Below are positions 35,660 to 45,715 of a stretch of 64,000 nucleotides of DNA, piece by piece. The position numbers were made by a program, and so were the translations under genes. The stretch's first letter is position 1, and every line of letters starts with the position of its first letter. Below the pieces are notes generated by a model, which saw only the letters and a program-made list of their open reading frames with translations, did no database searches and was not told where the DNA came from. The stretch comes from an uncultured Christensenellaceae bacterium (GTDB lineage: Bacteria; Bacillota; Clostridia; Christensenellales; UBA3700), in NCBI GenBank assembly GCA_944383895.1, contig CALWRH010000008.1:8426-72425 (forward strand), written 5' to 3'.

Positions 35660-37330
35660 ATGAAAAGACGTTTGATATTGCTTGTTACGATCCTTTGCGT
35701 TGCGGCGGCAGGCATGCTTTGCTTTATGCCGACGGCTTATGCCAATTCGGCAATGACGGAGTGGACGGGGACTAATTCTTCGGGATCCATGGTGGTCGGA
35801 GAGGATTGTCCGATAGTTGTCAGATCTGAAAGACTCGTCTTCGACGTGCCCGTTTTCCCCGACGATTATTACGGGATAAGCGACACAGATGCGTTTGAAA
35901 AATACAACGCTTATCTGACGGCGACTTACGAGTTTTACAATCCCGAGGATTACTCCGTCGATATGAGGCTGATGTTTCCGTTCGGGGCAATACCCACTTA
36001 TATGGAAGCAGGATTTGACTTGTCGTCGAAATACGCGATCACTGCTGACGGCGAGGACGTGGAAAAGAAAGTCAGATATTCGCTGTCTTCTTCGAATTAT
36101 TGGAGTCAGGATTTCGTTACCGCGGACGCAGTAAAAAAACTAAGGGACGACTACGCGTCTTTCGGCTGGGTGAATAAGGACACTATCGTAGAAAAACGCG
36201 TTTATCGCGTTTACGGAGCTAAAGAATCCGAATTCTATACAGTGCTCGGAACTGATGCCTCTTCAGATCTTATGTTATCTGCGAATTTTACTTGGTATCA
36301 ATACGGTGATTCGAAAAAGAGTTACGGCGTATGGGTGCAAAATAACGGAACCTTTACCGTCTACGTCGTTTACTCCGGCAAAGAACCCGCAGTAGATTTT
36401 TCGTTTATGGAAAGCGTAGACGGCAGAAGTCTGAACGCATCCTTGGACTTGCAAAGCAAAGAAGTCTATACGCTTAAGGAAATGGCGGCAAATTCCAATC
36501 CGTTCTACGGAGAAGGAGAAAGCGCAAAAACAGATTGGTTCAATATCGTAGCGGAGGCGATCTATACAGATACCTTCTCGCCGTACTATTGTTGGGGCAG
36601 CGGCAACAGCCTGGATTTTGTAAGAGAACGAGTGATATGCTGGTATGAATACGATCTGCACGTCGACGCAAAAAGCAGCGTAGTGAACAGTGTGTCGGCT
36701 CCGCTGTTCCCGAGCCGCAGCGACAGATACGAGCCCAGCGTCTATACCTACGACTATCTGCTTTCCCCTGCAAAAGGCTGGGCGGATTTCGGTACTCTCG
36801 ATATAGAAATAAACACTCCGTATTTTATGCTCGATGCCGAAAAAGCAGGTTTTGAAAAGACTCAGACGGGATACAAAGCGCATTACGGTTCATTGCCTGA
36901 CGGCGAATTGTCTTTCAGACTTTGCGAGAGCAAAGATCCTGAATTGAACAAGGATTATCTCGCCGCGCTGATGTGGACGTTGGTCATACTTATGCCTTGT
37001 CTTTGCTTTGCAGCGCTCGTCGTAGTAATAACCGCGGCGGTTGTTTGCGGAGTCAGGATCGGGCGTTGCAGCGACGAAAACAAGAGAAGAAGAGCGGGCA
37101 AAGCCGTCGCTTTAGTCGCAGCGGTTGCGTCGGTAGTCGTTTGTCTGATCGCGTTCCTTACCGCGTTTGTTCCGATTACGGGATTGATATCGCAGATATT
37201 CGGAGTAAATCTCGCTATAGCGATATGCGGCTGCGTATTGCTCGTAGCGGTTACGGTCGGGGCGGTTGTTCTTATCGTAAAAAAGAAAAACGAATATTTA
37301 TCGGACGACGGTATCGAGACGACTGACTGA
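35660..37330 (+). CDS. secreted, C-terminally membrane-anchored protein of unknown function
   Basis: Signal peptide MKRRLILLVTILCVAAAGMLCFMPTAYA, a ~430-aa extracytoplasmic part, then 3 hydrophobic helices (LMWTLVILMPCLCFAALVVVITAAVV...). SD GGAGGAG. Confidence 0.7.
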   Translation: MKRRLILLVTILCVAAAGMLCFMPTAYANSAMTEWTGTNSSGSMVVGEDCPIVVRSERLVFDVPVFPDDYYGISDTDAFEKYNAYLTATYEFYNPEDYSVDMRLMFPFGAIPTYMEAGFDLSSKYAITADGEDVEKKVRYSLSSSNYWSQDFVTADAVKKLRDDYASFGWVNKDTIVEKRVYRVYGAKESEFYTVLGTDASSDLMLSANFTWYQYGDSKKSYGVWVQNNGTFTVYVVYSGKEPAVDFSFMESVDGRSLNASLDLQSKEVYTLKEMAANSNPFYGEGESAKTDWFNIVAEAIYTDTFSPYYCWGSGNSLDFVRERVICWYEYDLHVDAKSSVVNSVSAPLFPSRSDRYEPSVYTYDYLLSPAKGWADFGTLDIEINTPYFMLDAEKAGFEKTQTGYKAHYGSLPDGELSFRLCESKDPELNKDYLAALMWTLVILMPCLCFAALVVVITAAVVCGVRIGRCSDENKRRRAGKAVALVAAVASVVVCLIAFLTAFVPITGLISQIFGVNLAIAICGCVLLVAVTVGAVVLIVKKKNEYLSDDGIETTD

Positions 37331-37409
37331 CGACGGATTTTATCCTTTTAATCCTAGGATAAAAGAAAAATAAAAAACGGTTCGTGTATAAAATTACAGA
37401 TTTATCCAT

Positions 37410-37445
37410 GCGGCGGAAATGTGCTTTCCGCCGTATTTTTTGTTT
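37410..37445 (+). terminator. rho-independent terminator
   Basis: CGGCGGAAA-TGTGC-TTTCCGCCG followed by TATTTTTTG. Confidence 0.8.
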
Positions 37446-37645
37446 TGTCAATAATTTCGCAGACTTTTCGTTTTTTATCTTTGGTTGTCAGTTGTGCATG
37501 TCGTGATGTATTCGGAAAAGTACGGTATCCGTCTGCGCTGGGTATATAATTCATAGATTGTATTAAAAACGCTAAAACGGAAATAAAAGAAACATCACGG
37601 GAAAAGCGGCATAGACTGATACAGAAACCGTTTTCGGAGGAGAAA

Positions 37646-38254
37646 ATGAAACTTATCGACGAAAAAACAACTTATATATCGCCTGAGGCGAAAATCGCAG
37701 ACAGCGCGGTGATTTATCCCAACAACACTATTCTCGGGGATACCGAGATCGGGGAAAATACGGTGATCATGCCCAATTGCATAATCGATGGCTGCAAAAT
37801 AGGTGCTGATGTCAGAATTACAGCAAGCGTTATGGAGGGTGCCGTCATTGCAGACAAAACAACTGTCGGTCCTTTTGCTTATCTACGAAAGGGCGCGGAT
37901 ATAGGAGAGGAATGCAGAGTGGGAGATTTTGTCGAGGTCAAAAACGCAAAGATAGGCGACGGAACAAAGGTCGCGCATCTGACTTATGTCGGAGATTGCG
38001 AACTCGGACATAAATGCAATGTGGGTTGCGGAGTGGTTTTCGTAAATTACGACGGCAAAAAGAAACATCATACAAAGGTCGGCGACGGTTGCTTTATAGG
38101 GAGCAACAGCAACGTTATCGCGCCTGTCGAAATAGCTGACGGCAGTTATATCGCAGCGGGTACTACGGTCACGGAAAGTACGCCCAGGGACAGCCTTGTT
38201 ATAGGCAGAGCGCGCCAGGTCGTGAAAGAAGGCGCGGGAAAAGGCAGATTCTGA
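37646..38254 (+). CDS. stand-alone left-handed beta-helix acetyltransferase equivalent to the GlmU C-terminal domain
   Basis: 202 aa with a strong SD GGAGGAG. GPFAYLRKGADIGEECRVGDFVEVKNAKIGDGTKVAHLTYVGD and NYDGKKKHHTKVGDGCFIGSNSNVIAPVEIADGSYIAAGTTVT align by eye with E. coli GlmU residues ~330-440. No uridyltransferase domain is present. Confidence 0.85.
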   Translation: MKLIDEKTTYISPEAKIADSAVIYPNNTILGDTEIGENTVIMPNCIIDGCKIGADVRITASVMEGAVIADKTTVGPFAYLRKGADIGEECRVGDFVEVKNAKIGDGTKVAHLTYVGDCELGHKCNVGCGVVFVNYDGKKKHHTKVGDGCFIGSNSNVIAPVEIADGSYIAAGTTVTESTPRDSLVIGRARQVVKEGAGKGRF

Positions 38255-38270
38255 TCAAGGAGAGAAAATT

Positions 38271-39572
38271 ATGTATTTCGGAACAGACGGTATAAGAGGT
38301 GTGGCAAACGTAGAGATAACCTGCCCGCTTGCACACAGCGTAGGCAACGCGCTCGCGAGCTGTAAAAAAAATTGCAGAGTGCTTATCGGTATGGATACGC
38401 GCGTATCCGGAGATATGTTGCTCCATGCAGTGGCGACGGGCGTTATGCAGGGCGGCGGCGACGTGCTCGACGTAGGAGTGATGCCGACTGCGGGTATAGC
38501 TTATCTTACGCAGTACTACAAAGCGGATTACGGTGTCGTGATAAGCGCGTCCCACAATCCCGCAGAGTATAACGGTATCAAGGTGTTCGACAGCAACGGT
38601 TATAAACTCGGAGATAAAAGAGAGCGGGAACTCGAGCAGAAAATGGCGCATCCTTACGTCGTAAAAGCGATCGCTACGGGTAAATACATGTTCATGCACG
38701 ATTCTGCGGCGGACTATGTAAAATTCCTTGTTTCGCAGATCGAGGGGCTGAAAGGACTCAGAGTGCTTGTCGATTGCTCCAACGGTGCGGCGGGAAGGGT
38801 CGCGAAAAGCGTTTTCGAACAGGCAGGCGCAAGCGTTGTGGTCGTGAATACTTCGGCTGCGGGCATAGACATAAACGAAAACGTAGGCGCGCTTTATGCG
38901 TCCAATCTGTCGCAAAAGGTTAAGGAAGGCGGTTTCGACGTCGGGTTCGCTTACGACGGCGACGCTGACAGACTTATCGCTATAGACGAAAAAGGCAACG
39001 TCGTGGACGGAGATCATCTGTTGTATGTTCTTGCGTGCGACGCAAAGAAAAAAGGCACGCTCGATACGGGGACTGTCGTCGGTACGCATCATACAAATAT
39101 GGGCGTTCAGGACGCGCTTGAAAAACACGGCATAAAACTCGTCAGAGAAGACATCGGTGACAAATACGTTCTCGAACGCATGCTCAAAGACGGTTCGCCT
39201 CTCGGTGCAGAACAGTCGGGGCACATTATCCTCGGGAAAAGAACCACTACGGGTGACGGGATACTCGCGTCGCTCGTCGTCGCGCAGATAATCGTCGATA
39301 CCGGCAAAACGCTTTCTCAGCTCGATGATGCGAAGGGCTATGCTCAGGTCAACATAAACGTTCCCGTTCAAGACAAACTGCGCATTATAAACAGCGAAGA
39401 GGTATCTCTCGAAGTAGGCAAAGTATATGAGCAACTCGCGGGAGAGGGAAGAGTTCTTTTGCGCGCGTCGGGTACAGAACCTAAGATAAGGATCATGGTC
39501 GAGTGTAAGAGCGAAAGCAAAGCGAAAACACTTGCAAAACGCCTTGAAAGCGTGCTGAAAAGTTTAAGGTAA
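38271..39572 (+). CDS. glmM: phosphoglucosamine mutase
   Basis: MYFGTDGIRG, phosphoserine loop ISASHNPAEYNGIK, GAEQSGH. Confidence 0.95.
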   Translation: MYFGTDGIRGVANVEITCPLAHSVGNALASCKKNCRVLIGMDTRVSGDMLLHAVATGVMQGGGDVLDVGVMPTAGIAYLTQYYKADYGVVISASHNPAEYNGIKVFDSNGYKLGDKRERELEQKMAHPYVVKAIATGKYMFMHDSAADYVKFLVSQIEGLKGLRVLVDCSNGAAGRVAKSVFEQAGASVVVVNTSAAGIDINENVGALYASNLSQKVKEGGFDVGFAYDGDADRLIAIDEKGNVVDGDHLLYVLACDAKKKGTLDTGTVVGTHHTNMGVQDALEKHGIKLVREDIGDKYVLERMLKDGSPLGAEQSGHIILGKRTTTGDGILASLVVAQIIVDTGKTLSQLDDAKGYAQVNINVPVQDKLRIINSEEVSLEVGKVYEQLAGEGRVLLRASGTEPKIRIMVECKSESKAKTLAKRLESVLKSLR

Positions 39573-39688
39573 TTTTAATTTTACCAAAATTTTACATTTA
39601 ATGATTGATTAATATCAACTTTAATGATAAAATCTATATTGATATAGGAATATTATGCCTATATATAAGGATATGTGGAGGTTTGGTT

Positions 39689-42600
39689 ATGAGAAAGAAC
39701 AGATTTCTGATTCTTATCGCTCTCGTTCTCGTGTGCGCTATGCTCGCGGTAACGGTTGTCGGTTGCCAGAAGACGGACGATAAAAACGTCAATGCAGGCA
39801 ATAACGGCAATACTACCGTTGATCCCGACGACGACAATGACGAAGTCGTAGACGACAACGATGATGACGATGACAACAACGGTGGAAATACGAGTGCGGG
39901 CAGCGGCGGTTGGTCCGACGGAGAAGGCGGTTCGTCTTCCGGCGGTGTTACGACTGCTATCAGCAATGCCGACGTTTATCAGTATTTCTATGTAAAAGCT
40001 GACAGCAAAGACGATATTGCGGTCACCAATTCGGTAGGCAATGCGGTTTCGGTCAGCATTTCTTACGAGAACGGTCAGTACATAGTATGGGCGCCCAACG
40101 GCGGTTACGAAAAGGGCAGAACTTACAGGATCACCCTTTCCAACGGTGCGACCTTCGTAGGATATGACGAAAACGTAAACGTCATTATTTTCAACATCGG
40201 CAATTCTGCCAACAACATCAAGATAAGTTCCAATCTTCTTACTTTCAGCGAAAGTGCGGTCGCTAACTACGGTACCGAGAAAACCGACGCTTACGGCGTT
40301 ACTACCGGCACCATGAACCTGCAGACCAATTCCACTTCCGCTATGAAAGAAGGCACCGTCTTCCTTATCGAAAAGGCTGACGGCACTCAGGCTGCTTACA
40401 AAGTCACTTCTTCTGCAAGCGCAGTCGGCGGCGTTTACTACATTGAGTATGTAAAGCCCGATCTCAGCGAGGTTTTCGATGAGTTCGAATACAGCGCGAC
40501 CAGCAAACTTACCGAAGACAGCGACGTAAACTTCGATTACAAGAACGGCGTCGAAACTCTCAACAACAGCGAGCTTGCTATGAGCATCTTCTCTGTGTTC
40601 GGTTCCAAGCCCGAGTTCGATATCTCCGTTCCCGAGTTCGATAAGGACGGTCATGTCGTAGTCGACATCACTATCACCGTTCCCAACGTTGTAACCGTTG
40701 AAGGTTACGCGTCCAGCGATCTCGTCATCACCGTACATAACGTTATGGAAGTTGAGGCGAGCGCGAACATCAGCAAAGAAACCATCGCAGAAGAGTTCTC
40801 TCTCAATGCAGTGGTCAGAAACGACGTCACGACGACCGTATCTCTCGGTGCTGACGGCGGATATACGGGTGCGGTAAATATTCCCGAGCTCATGAACAAA
40901 CTCATCGAGCTTTCCAACGAAAGCAAGGACGATGCGACCGCGATCCCGCTCCTGCAGTGGACGGTTCCTATCGCTAACGGCGTAGCATCCATTACATACA
41001 ACGCGGACCTCATGTTCAGATTCAGCGTTGCAGGCGACATCAACGTAGCTGCTCATGCTCAGCTCGATTATGAAGTAGGCGTTGTTTATACCAAGGCAAA
41101 CGGCATCGACGCTTATGCTAAAGAACTCGACGGCAACGGATTTGACAGCGTTGAGGTAAACCTCGGCGGTCAGGCAGAACTCAAAGTCGGCCTCAGACAG
41201 GATCTCAGTTTCGATATCCTCGCTGGCGTTCTTGGCATTGGTATCGAGGCGGAAATCGGCAATTACAACAGACTTTACGGTTACGGAGAATCTTCCAACC
41301 TCATCGACGATTCTGAAGATTACTTCGTCGGAGGCGTTTATTTCGAGGGCGGTTTCTATTATGACATCAACCTCTCTTACGGCCTCAAGATCGGCAGCCT
41401 GCTCAATCTTTCCGATAAGGCTGACATCGTAGACGGAGAGATTAAAGGTTACGAGGCGGGCAACAGATATATCGTACTCGGCGTAAAGGCAGAGCAGTCT
41501 GTTTATACTCTCGAAGCGCTCAACACCAACATCCCTGCGATCTATTATAAAGAGGTATACGATCTCGTTACGAGAACTACCACCGAAGAACTCGCAAGCG
41601 CAGAAGAGTTTACCTATGAGAGCACCAACAAGGATCTCGTTATCGAAAACAACGTGATCAAAGTCAGCAAAGATATCAATGATACAAAGGTTATCGCGAC
41701 TTACGTTGCCGATCCCGATCTTACGGTCGAAGTAACCTACAAGTTCACTCTCGCGGCTCCTATTCTTGACAACGATACCATCGTGGTAGATAAGAGCAGC
41801 TACAGCAACGTCGGCGCTACGCTCGAGTTCGGCATCAACTATAACGGTTTCGCAAACGACGTTGAAGTAAGCAGCAACGATGTTACGGTAAGCGTTATCA
41901 GCAAGACCGATACCAAAGCTACCGTATCAGTACCTGTCAAAGAGCTGCTGCTCCTCGACAACGGTATGAACGAAGTAGTCATCACCGTAGACGGCAAGAA
42001 CGTTACGCTCAACCTCGATGTCAAGAACAGCGTCGCTTGGGATCAGTTCTCTACGGGCGCTAACAGCTACAGCGTATTTACCGCAGATCAGATCATCGAC
42101 ATGATCTCCGCAAACGCAAACTTTGACGGCGTTGTCATCACTATCACCGACGATATCGATATGAAAGGCGCTGAGCTCGCTCCTATTGCAGAGTTCAACG
42201 GTACGCTCCAGGGTAACGGCAAGACAATCAAGAACTACACCGTAAACGCGTTCAACGGTGAGAAAGCAGGCTTTATCGCTGTAAACAACGGTACGATCGA
42301 CAACATCGTATTTGCAGGTAACGTAAACGTAGCTCTCGAGGCTACCACAGGCAAGGATTACGCGGTTGCAGGTATCGCTGCTGTAAACAACGGCACGATC
42401 TCCGATTGCAAATTCACCGGTAACGTTGACGTTTACTCCTACGGTCTTGCAGCGTTCGTAGACTTTGACGTAGCGGCTATCTCTGCTATCAACAACGGAG
42501 AGCTTACCGGTAACGACGGTGCTGGCGAAACCCTCACAAGCGTTAAGGTAACTGTCAAGTTCGACCTTGCAAACGTATCTGTCAACATCGGTGACACCAC

Positions 42601-42697
42601 TTCTACCAGCAACGATATCGCAAGCATCGTAGAGTCCATCTCTTGCGAGAATTGCGTAAGCGGCGGTCCGTGGGCAACCAAGTGCAACATCAAGTAA
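39689..42697 (+). CDS. large surface lipoprotein with acidic linker and C-terminal GLUG-like repeats
   Basis: MRKNRFLILIALVLVCAMLAVTVVGC lipobox, then the linker DPDDDNDEVVDDNDDDDDNNGG. The C-terminal region GFIAVNNGTIDNIVFAGNV / AGIAAVNNGTISDCKFTGNV resembles the GLUG motif. The track's 39605 start is an extension. Confidence 0.8.
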   Translation: MRKNRFLILIALVLVCAMLAVTVVGCQKTDDKNVNAGNNGNTTVDPDDDNDEVVDDNDDDDDNNGGNTSAGSGGWSDGEGGSSSGGVTTAISNADVYQYFYVKADSKDDIAVTNSVGNAVSVSISYENGQYIVWAPNGGYEKGRTYRITLSNGATFVGYDENVNVIIFNIGNSANNIKISSNLLTFSESAVANYGTEKTDAYGVTTGTMNLQTNSTSAMKEGTVFLIEKADGTQAAYKVTSSASAVGGVYYIEYVKPDLSEVFDEFEYSATSKLTEDSDVNFDYKNGVETLNNSELAMSIFSVFGSKPEFDISVPEFDKDGHVVVDITITVPNVVTVEGYASSDLVITVHNVMEVEASANISKETIAEEFSLNAVVRNDVTTTVSLGADGGYTGAVNIPELMNKLIELSNESKDDATAIPLLQWTVPIANGVASITYNADLMFRFSVAGDINVAAHAQLDYEVGVVYTKANGIDAYAKELDGNGFDSVEVNLGGQAELKVGLRQDLSFDILAGVLGIGIEAEIGNYNRLYGYGESSNLIDDSEDYFVGGVYFEGGFYYDINLSYGLKIGSLLNLSDKADIVDGEIKGYEAGNRYIVLGVKAEQSVYTLEALNTNIPAIYYKEVYDLVTRTTTEELASAEEFTYESTNKDLVIENNVIKVSKDINDTKVIATYVADPDLTVEVTYKFTLAAPILDNDTIVVDKSSYSNVGATLEFGINYNGFANDVEVSSNDVTVSVISKTDTKATVSVPVKELLLLDNGMNEVVITVDGKNVTLNLDVKNSVAWDQFSTGANSYSVFTADQIIDMISANANFDGVVITITDDIDMKGAELAPIAEFNGTLQGNGKTIKNYTVNAFNGEKAGFIAVNNGTIDNIVFAGNVNVALEATTGKDYAVAGIAAVNNGTISDCKFTGNVDVYSYGLAAFVDFDVAAISAINNGELTGNDGAGETLTSVKVTVKFDLANVSVNIGDTTSTSNDIASIVESISCENCVSGGPWATKCNIK

Positions 42698-42726
42698 TTT
42701 CTTGAGCAAACCTCATTATGATAAAA

Positions 42727-42757
42727 AGGAACAGTCTTTCGGCTGTTCCTTTTTTTG
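42727..42757 (+). terminator. rho-independent terminator
   Basis: AGGAACAG...CTGTTCCT followed by TTTTTTTG. Confidence 0.85.
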
Positions 42758-42899
42758 TTTTGACGACAGTCTGAAAAACGTTTGTAATTTAATAATTTTG
42801 CAATTCAGTTGAAAAAATCAGTATATTGAAAACACAAAGCGTTTTTATTTATATATATAATGGTTGTTTGTTGTCTTCAGCCAATATTTTTATCTGCAA

Positions 42900-42928
42900 T
42901 TGACTACGGATAGTAAAAATATTATAAT
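42900..42928 (+). promoter_or_regulatory. promoter
   Basis: TTGACT (42900-42905), 17 nt, TATAAT (42923-42928). Confidence 0.55.
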
Positions 42929-42959
42929 ATTATTGGTAATTCGTTATAGGGAGGAGAAT

Positions 42960-44159
42960 ATGAAAAAGATTTTAGTAGCGTTTCTGAGTATTATTCTGCT
43001 TTTGGGCACGGTCGGAATACTTGCTGCCTGCACAAAAAAAGAGACAACGGACGAAACGACTCAGACAGGAGGAAATAACGTTCCCGACGTAGATATGTCA
43101 TTGAGGACGGATACTCAGTACGGTTTGTATTGGTACGGCGACAGCGGAAATCTCGACGATACAAAGCGCTCTCAGGAGAATATGCCGGTCGAATATTATG
43201 ATCCTTCAAAGCCTACAGTAATTTATTCTCACGGTTGGAAAACGGCAAACGACGAAAGAGAAGTGCTTTCTACACTTTCTAAGACGTACAGCGTTACGAG
43301 CGGAGCGTCGGGCAATATAAACTATGTGGCGGAACTCAAGGCGCTCGGTTATAACGTGGCTTTCTGGGATTGGTTTGATTATGCGAAAGATCTCGACTAT
43401 CTCCAGAACGAGATATGGACAATAAAAACAGTCGAAGAAGCAGAAGACGGCACTGAAAATTACAAGGCAGCGGTTGCCGCTCTCGACGGAAGAACTTTTG
43501 CAGGAGAATTTGCGAGAGAAGTATATGCGGTAATGAAAAATTCTACCAATTCAGAAACTGTATTTATCGGTCACTCTTTCGGAGGACAAATGGTTACTGC
43601 TGCCGCATATACGCTTTATAAGCTTTCAGATATGGGCGTAATTACAAATAAAAACGTGCTGCCTGCAAGGATATCTCTTGCAGATCCCTATATTCCAGGC
43701 GCAAGGCTGAGCGGCAAAATGGATCTTATAGGTGAAGATACTAAATGCTATAACGCGACAAAAGTCGCAGACGCGATCGAGTATCTCAACAGAGCCGGGG
43801 CTGTAATAGATCTCAACGGAGCTATGACCGGTCTTACATACGACGGATATTATTTCACGACACCAGAAAAGATAAGGACTGAAGTCAAGACAAAGCTAAT
43901 GACGAATACCGTTTACGTTATTCAGGTAAATCTGCAGAATAAATACGGTTCGGTCGGCGATGTACACAATATTTCGAGAGATTTTGTGCTGACTTCTTTT
44001 ATCGAAGGTAAAAAAGGAAACATGACCGGCTGCGTGCCCAACCTGTCGATGACTGCGGCGGAACTCAGACCTTATGTCGGACGAGAATTCGAGCAGTTGG
44101 GAAACGGTTTCGATATCTCAGGTGCCACAATGAAAGAAATACTTTCTGAGGAAGATTGA
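42960..44159 (+). CDS. lipoprotein alpha/beta-hydrolase (lipase/esterase-like)
   Basis: MKKILVAFLSIILLLGTVGILAAC lipobox with SD GGGAGGAG. Nucleophile elbow FIGHSFGGQ (GxSxG). Confidence 0.7.
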   Translation: MKKILVAFLSIILLLGTVGILAACTKKETTDETTQTGGNNVPDVDMSLRTDTQYGLYWYGDSGNLDDTKRSQENMPVEYYDPSKPTVIYSHGWKTANDEREVLSTLSKTYSVTSGASGNINYVAELKALGYNVAFWDWFDYAKDLDYLQNEIWTIKTVEEAEDGTENYKAAVAALDGRTFAGEFAREVYAVMKNSTNSETVFIGHSFGGQMVTAAAYTLYKLSDMGVITNKNVLPARISLADPYIPGARLSGKMDLIGEDTKCYNATKVADAIEYLNRAGAVIDLNGAMTGLTYDGYYFTTPEKIRTEVKTKLMTNTVYVIQVNLQNKYGSVGDVHNISRDFVLTSFIEGKKGNMTGCVPNLSMTAAELRPYVGREFEQLGNGFDISGATMKEILSEED

Positions 44160-44173
44160 TCGTTTAATTTTCA

Positions 44174-44207
44174 GAGCCGTCCTTTACAAAGGCGGCTCGA
44201 CTTTTTG
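44174..44207 (+). terminator. rho-independent terminator
   Basis: GAGCCGTC...GGCGGCTC (7/8 bp) followed by GACTTTTT. Confidence 0.65.
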
Positions 44208-44330
44208 AAAAGTCTTTGCCTTTTTCTTATCTTTGCGGAAAGGCGACGGTAAGTCTCTTATATGGCGTAAAGAAAAGCTTACAGACAGACTTTTCGGGAA
44301 AATTGTTTTTTGGCTTATATGTTGCATATA

Positions 44331-44432
44331 TTTATGAATATTCGTATAAATATGCAGTATTATGAATATATAGGCAGTAAGTCATATGGAATATTGAAAT
44401 ATTTATAAAAAAATAGTGAATAAATATGTCAA
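44331..44432 (+). promoter_or_regulatory. cluster of ARG-box-like sites (candidate ArgR/AhrC operator)
   Basis: AT-rich region with repeated TGAAT half-sites: TTTATGAATATTCGTATA, ATTATGAATATATAGGCA, ATGGAATATTGAAAT, AGTGAATAAATATGTCAA. Compare the consensus TGAATwwwwATTCA. All are degenerate. Confidence 0.45.
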
Positions 44433-44437
44433 ATCGC

Positions 44438-44464
44438 TTGCAATCGCAAGAGAATTGTTATAAT
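44438..44464 (+). promoter_or_regulatory. arg operon promoter (extended -10)
   Basis: TTGCAA (44438-44443), 15 nt, TGT-TATAAT (44456-44464). Confidence 0.45.
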
Positions 44465-44500
44465 ATAAATACAACAAAAGCACAAGAGGTGTAATAAATT

Positions 44501-45715
44501 ATGGACAAGATCAAAAAAGTCGTATTGGCATATTCGGGAGGTCTGGATACCTCGATCATAATACCGTGGCTTAAAGAGAACTATGACGGTTGCGAAGTCA
44601 TCGCAGTCGCAGGCAACGTAGGACAGGGAGCAGAGCTCAAAGGCCTCGAAGAAAAGGCAAAGAAGACGGGCGCAAGCAAGCTTTATATAGAGGATCTTAC
44701 CGACGAATTCGTCGACGATTATATTTTCCCGACGCTTAAAGCAGGCGCGGTTTACGAAAACAAATATCTTCTCGGCACGAGCTTTGCTCGTCCGATCATA
44801 GCAAAAAGAATAGTCGAGATCGCTCTCAAAGAGGGCGCGGACGCTATCTGCCACGGCTGCACGGGCAAGGGCAACGATCAGGTGAGATTCGAGCTTACCA
44901 TCAAAGCTTTTGCTCCCAACATGAAGATCATTGCTCCGTGGCGTATATGGGATCTCAAATCGCGTGACGAGGAGATCGATTACGCAGAGGCTCACAACGT
45001 ACCGCTCAACATAAGCAGAGAAACCAATTACAGCAAAGACAAGAATATCTGGCACTTGTCGCATGAAGGACTTGATCTCGAAAATCCCGCCAACGAGCCG
45101 AATTACGATAAGATACTAGAGCTCGGCGTCAGCCCCGAAAAGGCTCCCGACAAGGCTACTTACGTTACTATCGGTTTCGAGAAAGGCGTGCCTGTTTCTG
45201 TTGACGGCAAAAAGATGAAAGGCAGCGAGATCGTCGCTTGTTTGAACAAACTCGGCGGCGAAAACGGTATAGGTATTGCTGATATCGTCGAGAACAGACT
45301 TGTCGGCATGAAGTCCCGCGGCGTATACGAAACTCCCGGTGGCACGATACTTTATCACGCTCACGAAGTTCTGGAAACCCTCTGTCTTGACAAGGAAACC
45401 GCTCATTTCAAGCAGCACGTTGCGGTCAAGTTCGCGGATCTCGTATACAACGGACAGTGGTTCACTCCGCTCAGAGAGGCGCTCAGCGCGTTCGTCGACA
45501 GCACGCAGCAGACGGTTACGGGCGAAGTAAAACTCAAGCTCTATAAAGGCAACATTATCAATGCAGGCGTCACGAGTCCTTATTCTCTCTATGACGAGGA
45601 TATCGCTACGTTTGCAGAAGACGACTGCTACGACCAGAAAGACAGCGCAGGATTCATCAATCTGTTCGGTCTGCCGATCAAGGTCAACGCACTTATGAAG
45701 GCTAAGAAAAAATAA
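44501..45715 (+). CDS. argG: argininosuccinate synthase
   Basis: [14 protein letters not shown]-loop; 404 aa. Confidence 0.95.
   Translation: MDKIKKVVLAYSGGLDTSIIIPWLKENYDGCEVIAVAGNVGQGAELKGLEEKAKKTGASKLYIEDLTDEFVDDYIFPTLKAGAVYENKYLLGTSFARPIIAKRIVEIALKEGADAICHGCTGKGNDQVRFELTIKAFAPNMKIIAPWRIWDLKSRDEEIDYAEAHNVPLNISRETNYSKDKNIWHLSHEGLDLENPANEPNYDKILELGVSPEKAPDKATYVTIGFEKGVPVSVDGKKMKGSEIVACLNKLGGENGIGIADIVENRLVGMKSRGVYETPGGTILYHAHEVLETLCLDKETAHFKQHVAVKFADLVYNGQWFTPLREALSAFVDSTQQTVTGEVKLKLYKGNIINAGVTSPYSLYDEDIATFAEDDCYDQKDSAGFINLFGLPIKVNALMKAKKK

Noticed and set aside
37331-37645. Decayed N-terminal half of glmU (pseudogene hypothesis)
   Set aside because: The spacer is 315 bp, too short for the ~230-aa uridyltransferase domain. 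It has no ORF of 60 or more codons in any frame and contains a terminator for the upstream gene. The acetyltransferase ORF has its own strong SD.
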